64,000 bases of DNA from an uncultured Gemmatimonadales bacterium. Lineage in GTDB: Bacteria > Gemmatimonadota > Gemmatimonadetes > Longimicrobiales > Longimicrobiaceae. Under the pieces are notes generated by a model. That model made no database searches. It saw only the letters and a program-made list of their open reading frames with translations, and was not told where the DNA came from. The stretch spans positions 3,328,001 to 3,392,000 of the forward strand of contig OY970303.1 of assembly GCA_963716255.1 (NCBI GenBank), written 5' to 3'. Positions within the stretch are counted from its first letter, which is position 1. Every line of letters starts with the position of its first letter. Shown here in pieces: positions 19,405-29,384 of this stretch. Made by a program: the position numbers and the translations under genes.

Positions 19405-21702
19405 ATGAGCACTTCCGCGGAAACCGTCCACGCGACGCGCACCGCCACGATCGCCGAGGCCGTCCACCAGCGGCCGCCCTACCTGTGGGCGCTGGTGGCG
19501 GGGATCGCCGTGTTCGCCCTGTACGCGATCACCCTGGCGCCCACCACCGCCACGTGGGACACCAGCGAGTACATCGCCACGGCCCACATCCTGGGGATCC
19601 CGCACCCCCCCGGGAACCCGCTGTTCGTGCTCCTGGCGCACGTGTGGGAAACGCTGCTGGGCTTCACGGGGCTGTCCATCCCGGTGCGGGTGAACCTGTT
19701 CTCCGCGCTGATGAGCGCCGCGTCGCACGCGCTCTGGTTCCTGGTGATGCACCGGGTGATCGGCTTCTTCAGCCGCAGCGAGATGGTGCGCCGCGTGGGC
19801 GCCGCCGCGTGCGTCGCCGTCTCGGCGACGGCGTTCACGGTGTGGAGCCAGTCCAACGTCAACGAGAAGGTGTACACGGTGAGCTTCCTCACCGTGGCCA
19901 TCGTGTCGTGGATGGGCTTTCTGTGGCGGGACCACGTGGAGGAGCACGTGGGCGTGTCCGGGACCCGCTGGCACGACGACAACGTGCTGGTGTTCATGGC
20001 GTTCGTGGTGTTCCTCTCGTCCGAGGGGAACCACCGCATGGCGCTGCTGGCGGCGCCCGCGCTGCTGGTGTTCATCGGCATGGTCAAGCTGGGCTCGCTC
20101 CTGAACTGGCGGCTCTACGCCTGGAGCGTGGCGGCCATCCTGCTCGCCATCTCGGTGCAGCTCTTCCTGCCCATCCGCTCGGCGCTCAACCCCATCATCA
20201 ACGAGGCGCAGCCGGTCTGCCCGGACGGGCTGGGGTCGGCTCTGCAGAGCATCTTCACCATGGGGAGCTCCGGGTGCGACGCCCTGTCCGCGGCGCTGAA
20301 CCGCGAGCAGTACGGCAAGCCGCCGGTCAGCGAGCGCATGGCGCCCCTGGGCGCGCAGCTCGCCAACTACTTCCAGTACTTCGACTGGCAGTGGTCGCGC
20401 TCCCTGGGGGGTGTGCAGGGGTACTTCGCCCCCCAGCGGCTCCCCGTCACCCTGCTCTTTTTGGGGCTGGGGATCTTCGGGGCGATGCAGCACTACCGGC
20501 GCGACCGCAAGAGCTTCGCGTACATGGCCACGCTCTTCGGCACGCTGTCGGTGGGGCTGCTGCTGTACATGAACTTCAAGTACGGCTTCGGCCAGGTGCA
20601 GGCGCAGGGGCTGGACTTCAGCCTCGCCGAGGTCCGCGAGCGCGACTACTTCTTTCTGATCTCCTTCTCGCTCTGGGGGCTGTGGGCCGGCCTGGGGCTG
20701 GTGGCGCTGTGGCTGCGCCTTCAGGAGGGCGTGGCCTCGCCGCGCCGCGTGCTCATGACCTCGCCGGTGCTGCTGGCGGCGCTGCTGCCGCTCCTGCTCA
20801 ACTGGAAGTACGCGGACCGCTCCGACGACTACGCGGCGCGCAACCTCGCCTACAACCTGCTCCAGTCGGTGGAGCCGTACGGGGTGCTCTTCACCAACGG
20901 CGACAACGACACCTTCCCGCTGTGGTACCTGCAGGAGGTGGAGGGCGTCCGCCGCGACGTAACGGTGATCGTGGGGACGTACCTGAACACCGACTGGTAC
21001 GCCAAGCAGCTGCGCGGCCTCACCGCCCCCTGCCCCACGCCGGACGCCTGGGCGCGGGACCGCACGCGCATCCTCTGCCAGCGCCCGTTCGACCCCAAGG
21101 GGGCGCCGTCGTTCTACGGCAACCCGGCGCGCCCCACCAAGTCCATCATTCCGCTCTCCGACGCGCAGATCGACGCGATCATGGTGAGCGCCGTCCCGCT
21201 GCCGGAGGACGTGATCTTCGAGGCGCGGGGGATGCAGGCCACCATCCCCGGCCAGCGCTACCTGACGCCGGCCGACCAGCTGATGCTCACCATCATCAAG
21301 GAAGCGTGGGGCGACCGTCCCATCTTCTTCGCGTCCACGGGCGACGCGCACCGGCAGCTGGGGCTGGGACCGTTCGTGACGCGCACCGGGCTGGCGTACC
21401 GGCTCACCACGCCGCAGGAGGCGCAGCGCTTCGTGGCCATGCCGCCGGACAACCCGTACTACCCCATCCTGGGGGCGTACGTGGACGTGGACCGGCACCG
21501 CAAGCTGGTGTGGGAGGCCTTCCAGTACGGGGACCTCATCCACCGCCCCGCCTGGCCGGACGACGCCACCCGCGGCTTCCCCACCTACTATGCCAACGCG
21601 CACCTGGCGCTGGCCCAGGCGGAGGGGATGCTGGGGAACCAGGCCGCGGCGGACCGGAACATCAAGAAGACGGAAGAGTGGATGGCGGTTTCGCAGAGGT
21701 AG
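19405..21702 (+). CDS. DUF2723 membrane protein (TMEM260-like GT-C glycosyltransferase)
   Basis: WDTSEYIA.AH.LGIPHPPGNPLF, EVRERDYFF, LFTNGDNDTFPLWYLQEVEG.R.DV. Confidence 0.9.
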   Translation: MSTSAETVHATRTATIAEAVHQRPPYLWALVAGIAVFALYAITLAPTTATWDTSEYIATAHILGIPHPPGNPLFVLLAHVWETLLGFTGLSIPVRVNLFSALMSAASHALWFLVMHRVIGFFSRSEMVRRVGAAACVAVSATAFTVWSQSNVNEKVYTVSFLTVAIVSWMGFLWRDHVEEHVGVSGTRWHDDNVLVFMAFVVFLSSEGNHRMALLAAPALLVFIGMVKLGSLLNWRLYAWSVAAILLAISVQLFLPIRSALNPIINEAQPVCPDGLGSALQSIFTMGSSGCDALSAALNREQYGKPPVSERMAPLGAQLANYFQYFDWQWSRSLGGVQGYFAPQRLPVTLLFLGLGIFGAMQHYRRDRKSFAYMATLFGTLSVGLLLYMNFKYGFGQVQAQGLDFSLAEVRERDYFFLISFSLWGLWAGLGLVALWLRLQEGVASPRRVLMTSPVLLAALLPLLLNWKYADRSDDYAARNLAYNLLQSVEPYGVLFTNGDNDTFPLWYLQEVEGVRRDVTVIVGTYLNTDWYAKQLRGLTAPCPTPDAWARDRTRILCQRPFDPKGAPSFYGNPARPTKSIIPLSDAQIDAIMVSAVPLPEDVIFEARGMQATIPGQRYLTPADQLMLTIIKEAWGDRPIFFASTGDAHRQLGLGPFVTRTGLAYRLTTPQEAQRFVAMPPDNPYYPILGAYVDVDRHRKLVWEAFQYGDLIHRPAWPDDATRGFPTYYANAHLALAQAEGMLGNQAAADRNIKKTEEWMAVSQR

Positions 21703-21728
21703 CTTTTACGGCTTTTAACTGCGGATCT

Positions 21729-21858
21729 GGGCGTGCCCCCGGCTGGCGCCGGGGTCGGGCTTCGGCTCCGTAAGCCCGCAAACAACGCGGGCTAACGGAG
21801 TCGAGCCCCGCGAAACGGCCCGCGGGTCTCGCCCCTTCGGGCCGAAATCCCTCACGCG
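21729..21858 (+). repeat. Structured ~130-bp dispersed repeat, copy 2
   Basis: Near-identical to the other copies; inner stem AGCCCGC/GCGGGCT. Confidence 0.92.
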
Positions 21859-21932
21859 ACGGCTTGTAACGGAGGACGGACACGCGAGCGGCCCGGGGAC
21901 TTTCCCGGGCCGCTCGTCGCGTGGTGCCGGAC

Positions 21933-22024
21933 TCCCTCCCCCGGCCCCTCCCCGCAAGGGGGAGGGGAGCACGGCAACGGCACGGCACAAAAAGCCCTCC
22001 CCCGGGACGGGGGAGGGTGGGGAG
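21933..22024. repeat. REP-like palindromes between inverted copies 2 and 3
   Basis: CCCCTCCCCGCAAGGGGGAGGGG and CCCTCCCCCGGGACGGGGGAGGG. Confidence 0.7.
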
Positions 22025-22049
22025 CCCGGCGTGACGCCAGCGCGAGTCC

Positions 22050-22179
22050 CGCGTGAGGGATTTCGGCCCGAAGGGGCGAGACCGCGCGGCTGTTTGCGCG
22101 GGCTCGACTCCGTTACGCAGCGTCGTTTGCTGCGTTACGGAGCCGAAGCCCGACCCCGGCGCAAGCCGGGGGCACGCCC
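22050..22179 (-). repeat. Structured ~130-bp dispersed repeat, copy 3
   Basis: Reverse orientation; inner stem ACGCAGC/GCTGCGT. Confidence 0.92.
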
Positions 22180-22208
22180 AAGCCTACCCTTTAAAAGCAG
22201 TTCAACGT

Positions 22209-22544
22209 CTACGCCACGTGCGGCTGCGGACCTGCGGCGGTGTGAAGCCCGTGGTCCAGGCCGGCGAACCGCTCGCGGGCACGGGCCAGCAGCGCCATGC
22301 CGTCGCGCGTGATCTGGTAGTAGCGGCGGGCGGGGCGGCCCTCGCGGCGGGCGGAGGCTTCCTCCTCCCAGGCGGAGTCCACGCACCCGGCCCGCTCCAG
22401 CCGCCGGAGCGCGGGGTACACCGTGCCGCTGGGGAGGCCGCTGGCGTCCATGATGTCGAAGCCGTAGCCGTACCCCTCCGAAAGGGCGCGGAGGACCAGG
22501 GCCGTGGGATACGTGAGGTTCAGGCGCGTTGTCACGATGGGCAC
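22209..22544 (-). CDS. PadR family transcriptional regulator
   Basis: YGFDI, GTVYPALRRLE..G, RRYY.IT..G. Confidence 0.9.
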   Translation of the reverse strand: MPIVTTRLNLTYPTALVLRALSEGYGYGFDIMDASGLPSGTVYPALRRLERAGCVDSAWEEEASARREGRPARRYYQITRDGMALLARARERFAGLDHGLHTAAGPQPHVA

Positions 22545-22674
22545 TCCGTTGCTCGGATTCTACAGCTCGCCGCGTCGGGATCCACCGGGCCGGGCCCGCG
22601 TCCGCGCGGCGGCGGCGGAAAAAGGTACGCTCCGGGCGCGCGAACGGATTCCCGGCCCTGCTCCCGCTCCGCGG

Positions 22675-23628
22675 TCACGTCTCCGCCCGGGGCGGGAGCT
22701 CGTGCAGCAGGGCGCGGAAGTCCGCCAGGCTGGGGACGTACGCCGCGCCGATCTCTTCCAGGCTGGCACGGTGCCGCTCCGCCGCGCCGCCGCCCACCAC
22801 CACCGCCACCCCCGGGGGGAGCGCGTCGCGCAGCCGGCGCAGCTCGCCGGGGATGCCCGGGTCGTCGGCAGGATACACCAGGCTGAGCGCAACCCGGCTG
22901 GCGCCGCGCTGCCGCACCGCCGCGGCGATCTCCTCGGCCGGCAGGTCCGCGCCCAGGTAGGTGACCCGCCACCCCTCCGCCGTGGCGGAGGCGGCGGCCA
23001 GCAGCGCCCCGAACTCGTGCACCTGCCCCGCGGGGGTGGCCACCACCATCCCCGGGGCGCTCCCGGGCACCTCCGCGGCCTCGGTCATGAAGCCCAGGAC
23101 GCGCCGCAGCACGGCGGAGGCGGCGTGCTCGTGCGCCACCCCGATGCGGCCCTTCCGCCACTCCTCGCCGATGGCGTCCAGCAGCGGCGCCGCGACCCCG
23201 TCCACGAAGTCGGCGGCGCTCAGCGCCACCACCGCGCGCCGCAGCCCCGCCTCCAGCCCGGCCGGGTCCATCTCCCGCACCGCGGCCACGGCGCGGTCCA
23301 GGTGCCCCCGCGCCTCCCGCGAAGTGGGGGGGGGCGCGGCCGCGCCCCCGCGCGCCGCGTCGTCCTCGCGCACCAGCTCCGCCAGCTCGTCTGTGGGCAG
23401 CTTCGCCACGCGCCCGATGCTGCGCCCCGCGTCGGTGGCGCGGCGCAGCAGGCGCAGCCGGTCCACGTCGGCATCGCTGTACAGGCGCTGCCCGTCGTCC
23501 GCGCGGCCGGGGGCGACCACCGCGTAGCGCCGCTCCCACACCCGCAGCACGTCCAGCGACAGCCCCGTGCGGTCGGCGACCACGCGGATGGGGTGGCGGG
23601 GGACGAGGGTGCCGGCGCTCCGTGTCAT
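22675..23628 (-). CDS. MerR-HTH cobalamin-binding regulator (CarH/LitR-like)
   Basis: LRVWERRY...R...G.RLY; W-x9-EH; GQVHEFG; YLGADLP. Confidence 0.88.
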   Translation of the reverse strand: MTRSAGTLVPRHPIRVVADRTGLSLDVLRVWERRYAVVAPGRADDGQRLYSDADVDRLRLLRRATDAGRSIGRVAKLPTDELAELVREDDAARGGAAAPPPTSREARGHLDRAVAAVREMDPAGLEAGLRRAVVALSAADFVDGVAAPLLDAIGEEWRKGRIGVAHEHAASAVLRRVLGFMTEAAEVPGSAPGMVVATPAGQVHEFGALLAAASATAEGWRVTYLGADLPAEEIAAAVRQRGASRVALSLVYPADDPGIPGELRRLRDALPPGVAVVVGGGAAERHRASLEEIGAAYVPSLADFRALLHELPPRAET

Positions 23629-23634
23629 GGAAGG

Positions 23635-23675
23635 ATGATACGGGTGACGTCCAAGGTTTGTCAATACTTTGTCCA
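23635..23675 (-). promoter_or_regulatory. Promoter overlapped by three 11-bp-period direct repeats (CarH-type operator)
   Basis: Minus strand TGGACAAAGTA-TTGACAAACCT-TGGACG; TTGACA-18 bp-TATCAT; ATG 6 bp after the -10. Confidence 0.7.
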
Positions 23676-23709
23676 GAGGCGTGCCGCCGATCGCCACGGG
23701 CGCTGCCGG

Positions 23710-24516
23710 TCACGCGGGCGGGGGCGGCTCCGCGGGGTCGGGCGCGGCGCCCAGTCCGGCCTCCTCCGCTTCCACGCCCGGCCTGCGTCCGCGGAACCAG
23801 CGGACGGCTTCCACGCCCAGCGCGCAGGTGGAGGCCCAGGCGAAGCCGGCCACGTACCCGGCCACGATGTCGGAGGGGTAGTGCACGCCCAGGTACAGGC
23901 GCGACGCCCCGATGGCGAGCACCAGCACGGCGGCGAAGGCCAGCGTCGCGCGCCGCATGCGGCGGGTGGGCTCCAGCCGGGCGACCAGGTACGCCAGGGT
24001 GCCGTAGACCACCACGGAGCTCATGGCGTGGCCCGAGGGAAAGGACGAGGCCGACTCGCCGATGCCGGAGATGCGATAGGGGAACACCGTGGGGCGGGGG
24101 CGGGCGAAGGCCAGCTTGAGCACGGTGTTCAGCAGTGCGTTCCCCAGCACCGCCGTCCACAGCAGCGCCACGGACCAGCGGTGCCGGGCGATCCAGAGCA
24201 GGGTGCCGGCGACCAGCAGCGTCATGGCCACCACCGAGGTGGCGCCCAGGTAGGTGAGCTGGAGGGCGAGGGTGTCCAGCGCGGGGGATTGGCGCGCCGC
24301 GATCCAGCGCAGCGCCGCCTCGTCCGCGCCCTGCGTGGCGCCGCGCCCCACCAGCCGCGCGATCCCCGCGAAGGCGAGCAGCGCCGCCAGGGCGAGCGCC
24401 ATCCCGGCGGTCAGGAACACGCCGACCGCCGCGTGGAAGCCGCGGACGTGCGCCCCGATCCAGCGGAGGACCGGGCGCAGGGAGGCGGGGGCGGGATCGC
24501 GGGCCGGCGCGGGCAT
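23710..24516 (-). CDS. PAP2 family phosphatase
   Basis: LK..FARPRP, SFPSGH, SRLYLGVHYPSD. Confidence 0.92.
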   Translation of the reverse strand: MPAPARDPAPASLRPVLRWIGAHVRGFHAAVGVFLTAGMALALAALLAFAGIARLVGRGATQGADEAALRWIAARQSPALDTLALQLTYLGATSVVAMTLLVAGTLLWIARHRWSVALLWTAVLGNALLNTVLKLAFARPRPTVFPYRISGIGESASSFPSGHAMSSVVVYGTLAYLVARLEPTRRMRRATLAFAAVLVLAIGASRLYLGVHYPSDIVAGYVAGFAWASTCALGVEAVRWFRGRRPGVEAEEAGLGAAPDPAEPPPPA

Positions 24517-24622
24517 GGGTCGGGAGGCGGGCAGGATCCGTTCCCGCGCGCGCCCTCCCGGGCACCCGTCGTGCCTTTCCGTGGCCCGTCCGGAACGCCC
24601 GTTCACCCGCACCCGGAGGCCC

Positions 24623-24927
24623 GATGCCCGCCTGGTGACCCGCAACGGCCGCGAAAAGGCGGCGCAGTTGCGGAGGTGGTGGAGGCGCTGCGGGAGGCGG
24701 CGCGCGCTGCGGGGCGGCCGCTGGTGCTGGACGGCGAGCTGGTGGCGCTGGTGCGGGGGAAGCCCGCGCGCTTCCAGGAGATCCAGGACCGGGTGCACCT
24801 GGGGGACGAGGCGGAGGGCCGGCGGCGCGCGGACGGGCGTCAGCGGCAGCCGGTGTTCCTGGGGGTGCGCGATGACAAGGACGCGCGGGAGGTGGGGCCG
24901 GAGGGGCGGAGCGTGCAGGGAGGGTGA
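24623..24927 (+). pseudogene. Remnant of an ATP-dependent DNA ligase (LigD ligase domain)
   Basis: ARLVTRNGREK, frameshift, VLDGELVA..RFQ, then joined directly to DGR.RQPVFLGVRDDK. Confidence 0.7.
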
Positions 24928-25246
24928 TGAGTCACCTGCTTGCTTGCGGGCTACTTGGAGGCGGCATACAATCGTTACACCACGCCGTGTGGTGCTGGCG
25001 GCTGCCCGAATGCCGAAGATCCTTGCTCGACTTCGCCAAGCCGTACCTGCTGTCCCAACTCAGCCACCTCCTGCTCCCGAATCCATTCCTCCAGGCAATG
25101 GCTCAGTCGATTCCCGCACAGCTCGAACGGCGCCGCTTCGTTCCCAGCGAGCCCTGTGGAACGAGGAACGCCTCCGCGTACAGCAAGACCATCTGTATGG
25201 CGGTGGCATGGCTGCCCTGGCTCCTACATGACCGGGATCATACCGC

Positions 25247-26671
25247 GTGAATCGGGCGGAGCTGTACGCCATCGTCGGTGGAGGCGAATCCGACCAAGTG
25301 GAATTCAAGCGGACCACCGGGCAGCGATCGGATGGAGCGAAGACGGTGTGCGGTATGCTCAATGGCCGCGGCGGTTTCGTGCTATTTGGTGTCACGGATG
25401 CTGGTGAGATCAGTGGACAGGAGGTCTCCGCGCGAACCCTGGAGGACTTGGTCGCAGAGCTACGGAAGATCGAGCCGCGGGCGCTGCTCAACCCCGAGAC
25501 CGTGCTGCTGGAGAATGGCAGAGAAGTGGTCGTCATCCGCATTCCGAGCGGTGGTGGGGGGCCATACGCTTACGAAGCGCGTCCCTACGTCCGCCAAGGT
25601 CCCACCACTTCCCTTATGCCGCAGGACGAGTACCGTCGTCTCCTGCTGGAAGGGATGCACCCCATGGCTCGGTGGGAAAACTAGCCTGCACACGGGGTCG
25701 TGATTGCGGATCTGGATCATGCGGAGATCACACGCACGGTGGACGAGGCGATCCGCCGTAGTCGCATGGAAGAGCCGGGAACGCGTGACCCTGTGGCGCT
25801 CCTGATAGGGCTGGGCTTGATTGAGAACGGGGTGCTGCTCAACGCGGCGGTGGCGCTTTTCGCCCGAGAGGAGCGCCTCCTGCCCTACTACCCGCAGTGC
25901 GTGCTTCGCATGGCGCGCTTCCGCGGGCGTGACAAGACGGAGTTCGAGGACAACCGCCAGGAAATGGGGAACGCGTTCGTACTTCTTCAGCGGGCGCAGC
26001 GATTCTTTCGCGAGCACCTCCCCGTGGCAGGGCGGGTGGTTCCCAACCTATTCGAGCGGGTGGACGACCCGCTCTACCCGCCTGTAGCGCTCCGCGAGGC
26101 TCTGGCGAATGCCCTCTGTCACCGGGATTACGGAGTAGGTGGCGGCTCTATCAGCATTGGCATCTATGATGACCGGTTGGAGATTTCCAGCACGGGCCGC
26201 CTTCCCTTTGGCCTGACCCCGGCAGATCTGGTGCGTCCGCACCCCTCAAGGCCGTGGAATCCGCTGATTGCCCGGGTGTTCTACCGCAGGGGAATCATCG
26301 AGACGTGGGGGCGTGGGACGTTGAAAATCGCGGAGCTCATGGAGCAGGCAGGGCTGGCGACGCCGGAATTCGAGGAGAGCGCCGGCGAGGTGGTCGTGCG
26401 GTTCTTCCCCACCGGCTATGTGCCGCCGAGTCGGGTGAGCCGAACTCTCAGTCCGCTGCAGCAGGAGATCCTAGAATATCTGGCAGGGGTGGGAGTCGCA
26501 CGCCTTGGGCAGATCGTAAGCGAACTCCCATCCAGTCCTGTCGCGCGGACCGTCACGGACAACCTGCAAACCCTCAGGGATCTGGATCTTGTGGAGCTAC
26601 GTGGGTGGGGAAAGGGTGCGAGATGGATGCTGAGGGGTGTTGATAAGCAACCCCGTACTACTCGGGATTGA
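25247..26671 (+). pseudogene. AlbA_2/Schlafen + RecG-C-like (HATPase_c_4) + HTH protein with a premature stop
   Basis: GESDQVEFK, GG.VLFGV.D; ALREALANALCHRDY, NPLIA..F, GRG; both ORF halves are in one frame, split by TAG at 25682-25684. Confidence 0.85.
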
Positions 26672-26862
26672 TGCACCAATGGTGCACCATCAAGTGCACT
26701 ATTCAGTGTACCAAGGCGGCACGGGGCACCGGGGTTGTACCTTTGGTGGCGGTGAAGATGCATTTCGAACCTGTAACGCTCCCGGATTGGTATCAATAGC
26801 ACAGCAGGGTGCATCAATCATTGTCTCGCGACGGTAACGAGACGGACCACACGCCCTCCCTT

Positions 26863-27897
26863 CTACCCCGCCAGCGCCTTCCGCACCGCCGGCGCGACCT
26901 CCGTCCCCAGAAGCTCGATGGCGCGCATGACCCGCTCGTGCGGCAGCGTGCCGAGGCCCACCTGGAGCAGGCAGCGCGTGTTGCCGAACAGCTGGTGCTG
27001 GAAGAGGATCTTGTCGACCACTTCCCGCGGGCTGCCGACGAGGAGCGCCCCGCGCGGGGAGCGCAGCGCCTCGAACTGCTGCCGCGTGGTGGGCGGCCAG
27101 CCGCGCTCCCGCCCGATGCGGGTCATCACCTCGGCGTAGGAGGGAAAGAACTCGTCCGCGGCGCGCTGCGAGCCGTCCGCCACGTAGGCGTGGGAGTTGA
27201 TGCCCACGGCGAGCCCCGCGGGGTCGTGTCCCGCCCGGCGCGCGGTGTCGCGGTACAGCTGCACCAGCGGCGCGAAGCGCTCCGGCGCGCCGCCGATGAT
27301 GGCGAGCGCCAGCGGCAGCCCCAGCGTCCCGGCGCGCACCACCGACTGCGGCGTGCCGCCCACGGCGAGCCACACGGGGAGCGGGTCCTGGAGCGGGCGC
27401 GGGTACACCGCCAGGTCGCGCAGCGGCGCCCGGAGCTTCCCGGACCAGGTGACGCGCTCGCCATCGCGCAGCCTGAGCAGCAGCTCCAGCTTCTCGGCGA
27501 AGAGCGCGTCGTAGTCCTCCAGGTCGTGGCCGAACAGGGGGAACGATTCGATGAACGACCCGCGCCCCGCCATGATCTCCGCCCGGCCGCCGGAAAGGAG
27601 GTCCAGCGTGGCGAACTGCTGGAAGACGCGCACGGGGTCGTCCGAGCTGAGCACGGTGACGGCGCTGGTGAGGCGGATGCGGGCGGTGCGCGCGGCGGCG
27701 GCGGCGAGGACCACGGCCGGCGCCGACACCGCGTAGTCGGGGCGGTGGTGCTCGCCCACGCCGAACACGTCCAGCCCCACCCGGTCGGCCAGCTCGATCT
27801 CCTCCATCAGCTCGCGCAGCCGCTGTGCCGCCGCCGCCCCGCGGCCCGCGCCGGGCTCCGGGCTGGTGTCCGCGAAGGTGTAGACGCCGATCTCCAT
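26863..27897 (-). CDS. LLM class flavin-dependent oxidoreductase
   Basis: [55 protein letters not shown]. Confidence 0.94.
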   Translation of the reverse strand: MEIGVYTFADTSPEPGAGRGAAAAQRLRELMEEIELADRVGLDVFGVGEHHRPDYAVSAPAVVLAAAAARTARIRLTSAVTVLSSDDPVRVFQQFATLDLLSGGRAEIMAGRGSFIESFPLFGHDLEDYDALFAEKLELLLRLRDGERVTWSGKLRAPLRDLAVYPRPLQDPLPVWLAVGGTPQSVVRAGTLGLPLALAIIGGAPERFAPLVQLYRDTARRAGHDPAGLAVGINSHAYVADGSQRAADEFFPSYAEVMTRIGRERGWPPTTRQQFEALRSPRGALLVGSPREVVDKILFQHQLFGNTRCLLQVGLGTLPHERVMRAIELLGTEVAPAVRKALAG

Positions 27898-27908
27898 GGC
27901 CCGCGCTC

Positions 27909-28958
27909 CTAGCGCCGCACCGCGGTGAGCTCCCGGATCTGCCGGCGCACCTCGTCGGCCCGGCCGGCGCGCTCCAGCGCGGCCCACAGCCGCGCCACCG
28001 TGTCCGCGTCCACCAGCCCCGGCGGGGACCCCATCTCCGGCGTGGCGAGCCCTTCGGCTGCCCGGAAGGCGTCCACCGCCGTGACGGCGTCCGGCGTGTA
28101 GACGTTGGCCGTGGCGTCGCGCGCCAGCTCGCGCCGCTCGGGGCGGAAGCGGCCGAGGGCGTGCAGCATCAGCTTGAGCTGCCACACGTCGCCGCCGCTG
28201 AACTGCTGGAGGGTGCGGAAGCCCAGCGTCTCGGAGATGGTGGCGTAGACGCGCCGCAGCTCGGCCACGGGTTCGGGGTGCTCGCACACGTTGATGTCCG
28301 CCGTCACCCGGTCCGGGCGGCGGGAGCGCCCCGGGCGCGGGTCCGCCACCACCACCGCGGCGGACTGCGTGCGCCCCTTGCGCGCGTCGCCTCCGGCGGC
28401 GTGTCCGGCCGCCAGCGCCTCGATCAGCCGGTCCGCCAGGTGGCGCCCGCTCCCCTCCGTGGCCTCGAAGCTCCGCGCCACCGCCTCCAGCACCTGCGGC
28501 CCCGCCAGCAGGTTGCCCTGGGTCACGTAGCGGCGCCCGGCGCGGTGCCCGGCCCACGGGCTGGTGCCGGTGCCGGTGTGCTGGGCGGAGCGCCCGTCCA
28601 CGGCGATCACCCCCACCTGCCGCTGCGCGGCCAGGGTGTCGCCGGCCAGCGCGCGGCGCAGCGCCTCCTCCGGCGCGACGCCGCGGGCCAGCTGGTCCAG
28701 CACTTCCTGCCCGTACTCCACGCGCGTGAACGCCTGCGTCGCCAGCGCGCCCACCCCGGCGCGCACGTGTGGGACGGCGTTGCCCACGCAGGGCACGCGC
28801 GTGGTCACCGCCACGCCGCTCTCGCCGGTGGCGGAATCCACCGCGGCGATGGAAAAGGTGCTGAAGCGCAGCGGCTCGCCCCAGGCGGCGGGCTCCTGCG
28901 CGCGGGCGGGTCCCGCCGCGGCGGCGAGGGCGAGGAGGGCGATGGCGGTGCGTTGCAT
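27909..28958 (-). CDS. DUF1028 Ntn-hydrolase-like protein with a C-terminal peptidoglycan-binding-like domain
   Basis: Signal peptide; TFSIAA.D..TGE.GVAV, GVGA.ATQA, QGNLLAG, AGGD.R.G..QSAA. Confidence 0.88.
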   Translation of the reverse strand: MQRTAIALLALAAAAGPARAQEPAAWGEPLRFSTFSIAAVDSATGESGVAVTTRVPCVGNAVPHVRAGVGALATQAFTRVEYGQEVLDQLARGVAPEEALRRALAGDTLAAQRQVGVIAVDGRSAQHTGTGTSPWAGHRAGRRYVTQGNLLAGPQVLEAVARSFEATEGSGRHLADRLIEALAAGHAAGGDARKGRTQSAAVVVADPRPGRSRRPDRVTADINVCEHPEPVAELRRVYATISETLGFRTLQQFSGGDVWQLKLMLHALGRFRPERRELARDATANVYTPDAVTAVDAFRAAEGLATPEMGSPPGLVDADTVARLWAALERAGRADEVRRQIRELTAVRR

Positions 28959-29055
28959 GGGGTCGCGGCGGGGTGCGGGCAGAACGGGAAAGCGAGCGGG
29001 GGACGGTAAGCCGCCGCGCGGCCCGCGGCAAGGAACGGTGCAGGGGCGACGACGA

Positions 29056-29200
29056 CCCCCTCCCCCGACCCCTCCCCGCAATGGGGAGGGGAGCACGGCG
29101 ACGGCACCCCTCACCCCCCGGCCCCTCTCCCACGAGGGGAGAGGGCGGAGCACGGTACCGGCACGGCACGAAAAGGCCCTCCCCCGGGATCAGGAGAGGG
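29056..29200. repeat. Cluster of REP-like palindromes
   Basis: CCCCTCCCCGCAATGGGGAGGGG, CCCCTCTCCCACGAGGGGAGAGGG; linker shared with 21967-22005. Confidence 0.7.
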
Positions 29201-29236
29201 CAGCGAGCTTCGAGCCAGCGGACGCCAGCGCGAAGC

Positions 29237-29365
29237 CGCGTGAGGGATTTCGGCCCGGAGGGGCGAGACCCGGCGCAGTTTGCCGGGGCTCGACTCCGTT
29301 GAGCAGCGTTGTTTGCTGCTCTACGGAGCCGAAGCCCGACCCCGGCGCCAGCCGGGGGCACGCCC
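29237..29365 (-). repeat. Structured ~130-bp dispersed repeat, copy 4
   Basis: Inner stem GAGCAGC/GCTGCTC. Confidence 0.92.
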
Positions 29366-29384
29366 GAACCCGCTGTTCAACCCG

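Noticed and set aside
24924..25250. 108-aa ORF upstream of the AlbA_2 gene
   Set aside because: No recognisable motif and atypical composition; cannot be supported as coding.
25682..25684. Pyrrolysine or programmed amber read-through
   Set aside because: No pyl genes or supporting context; a point mutation is simpler.
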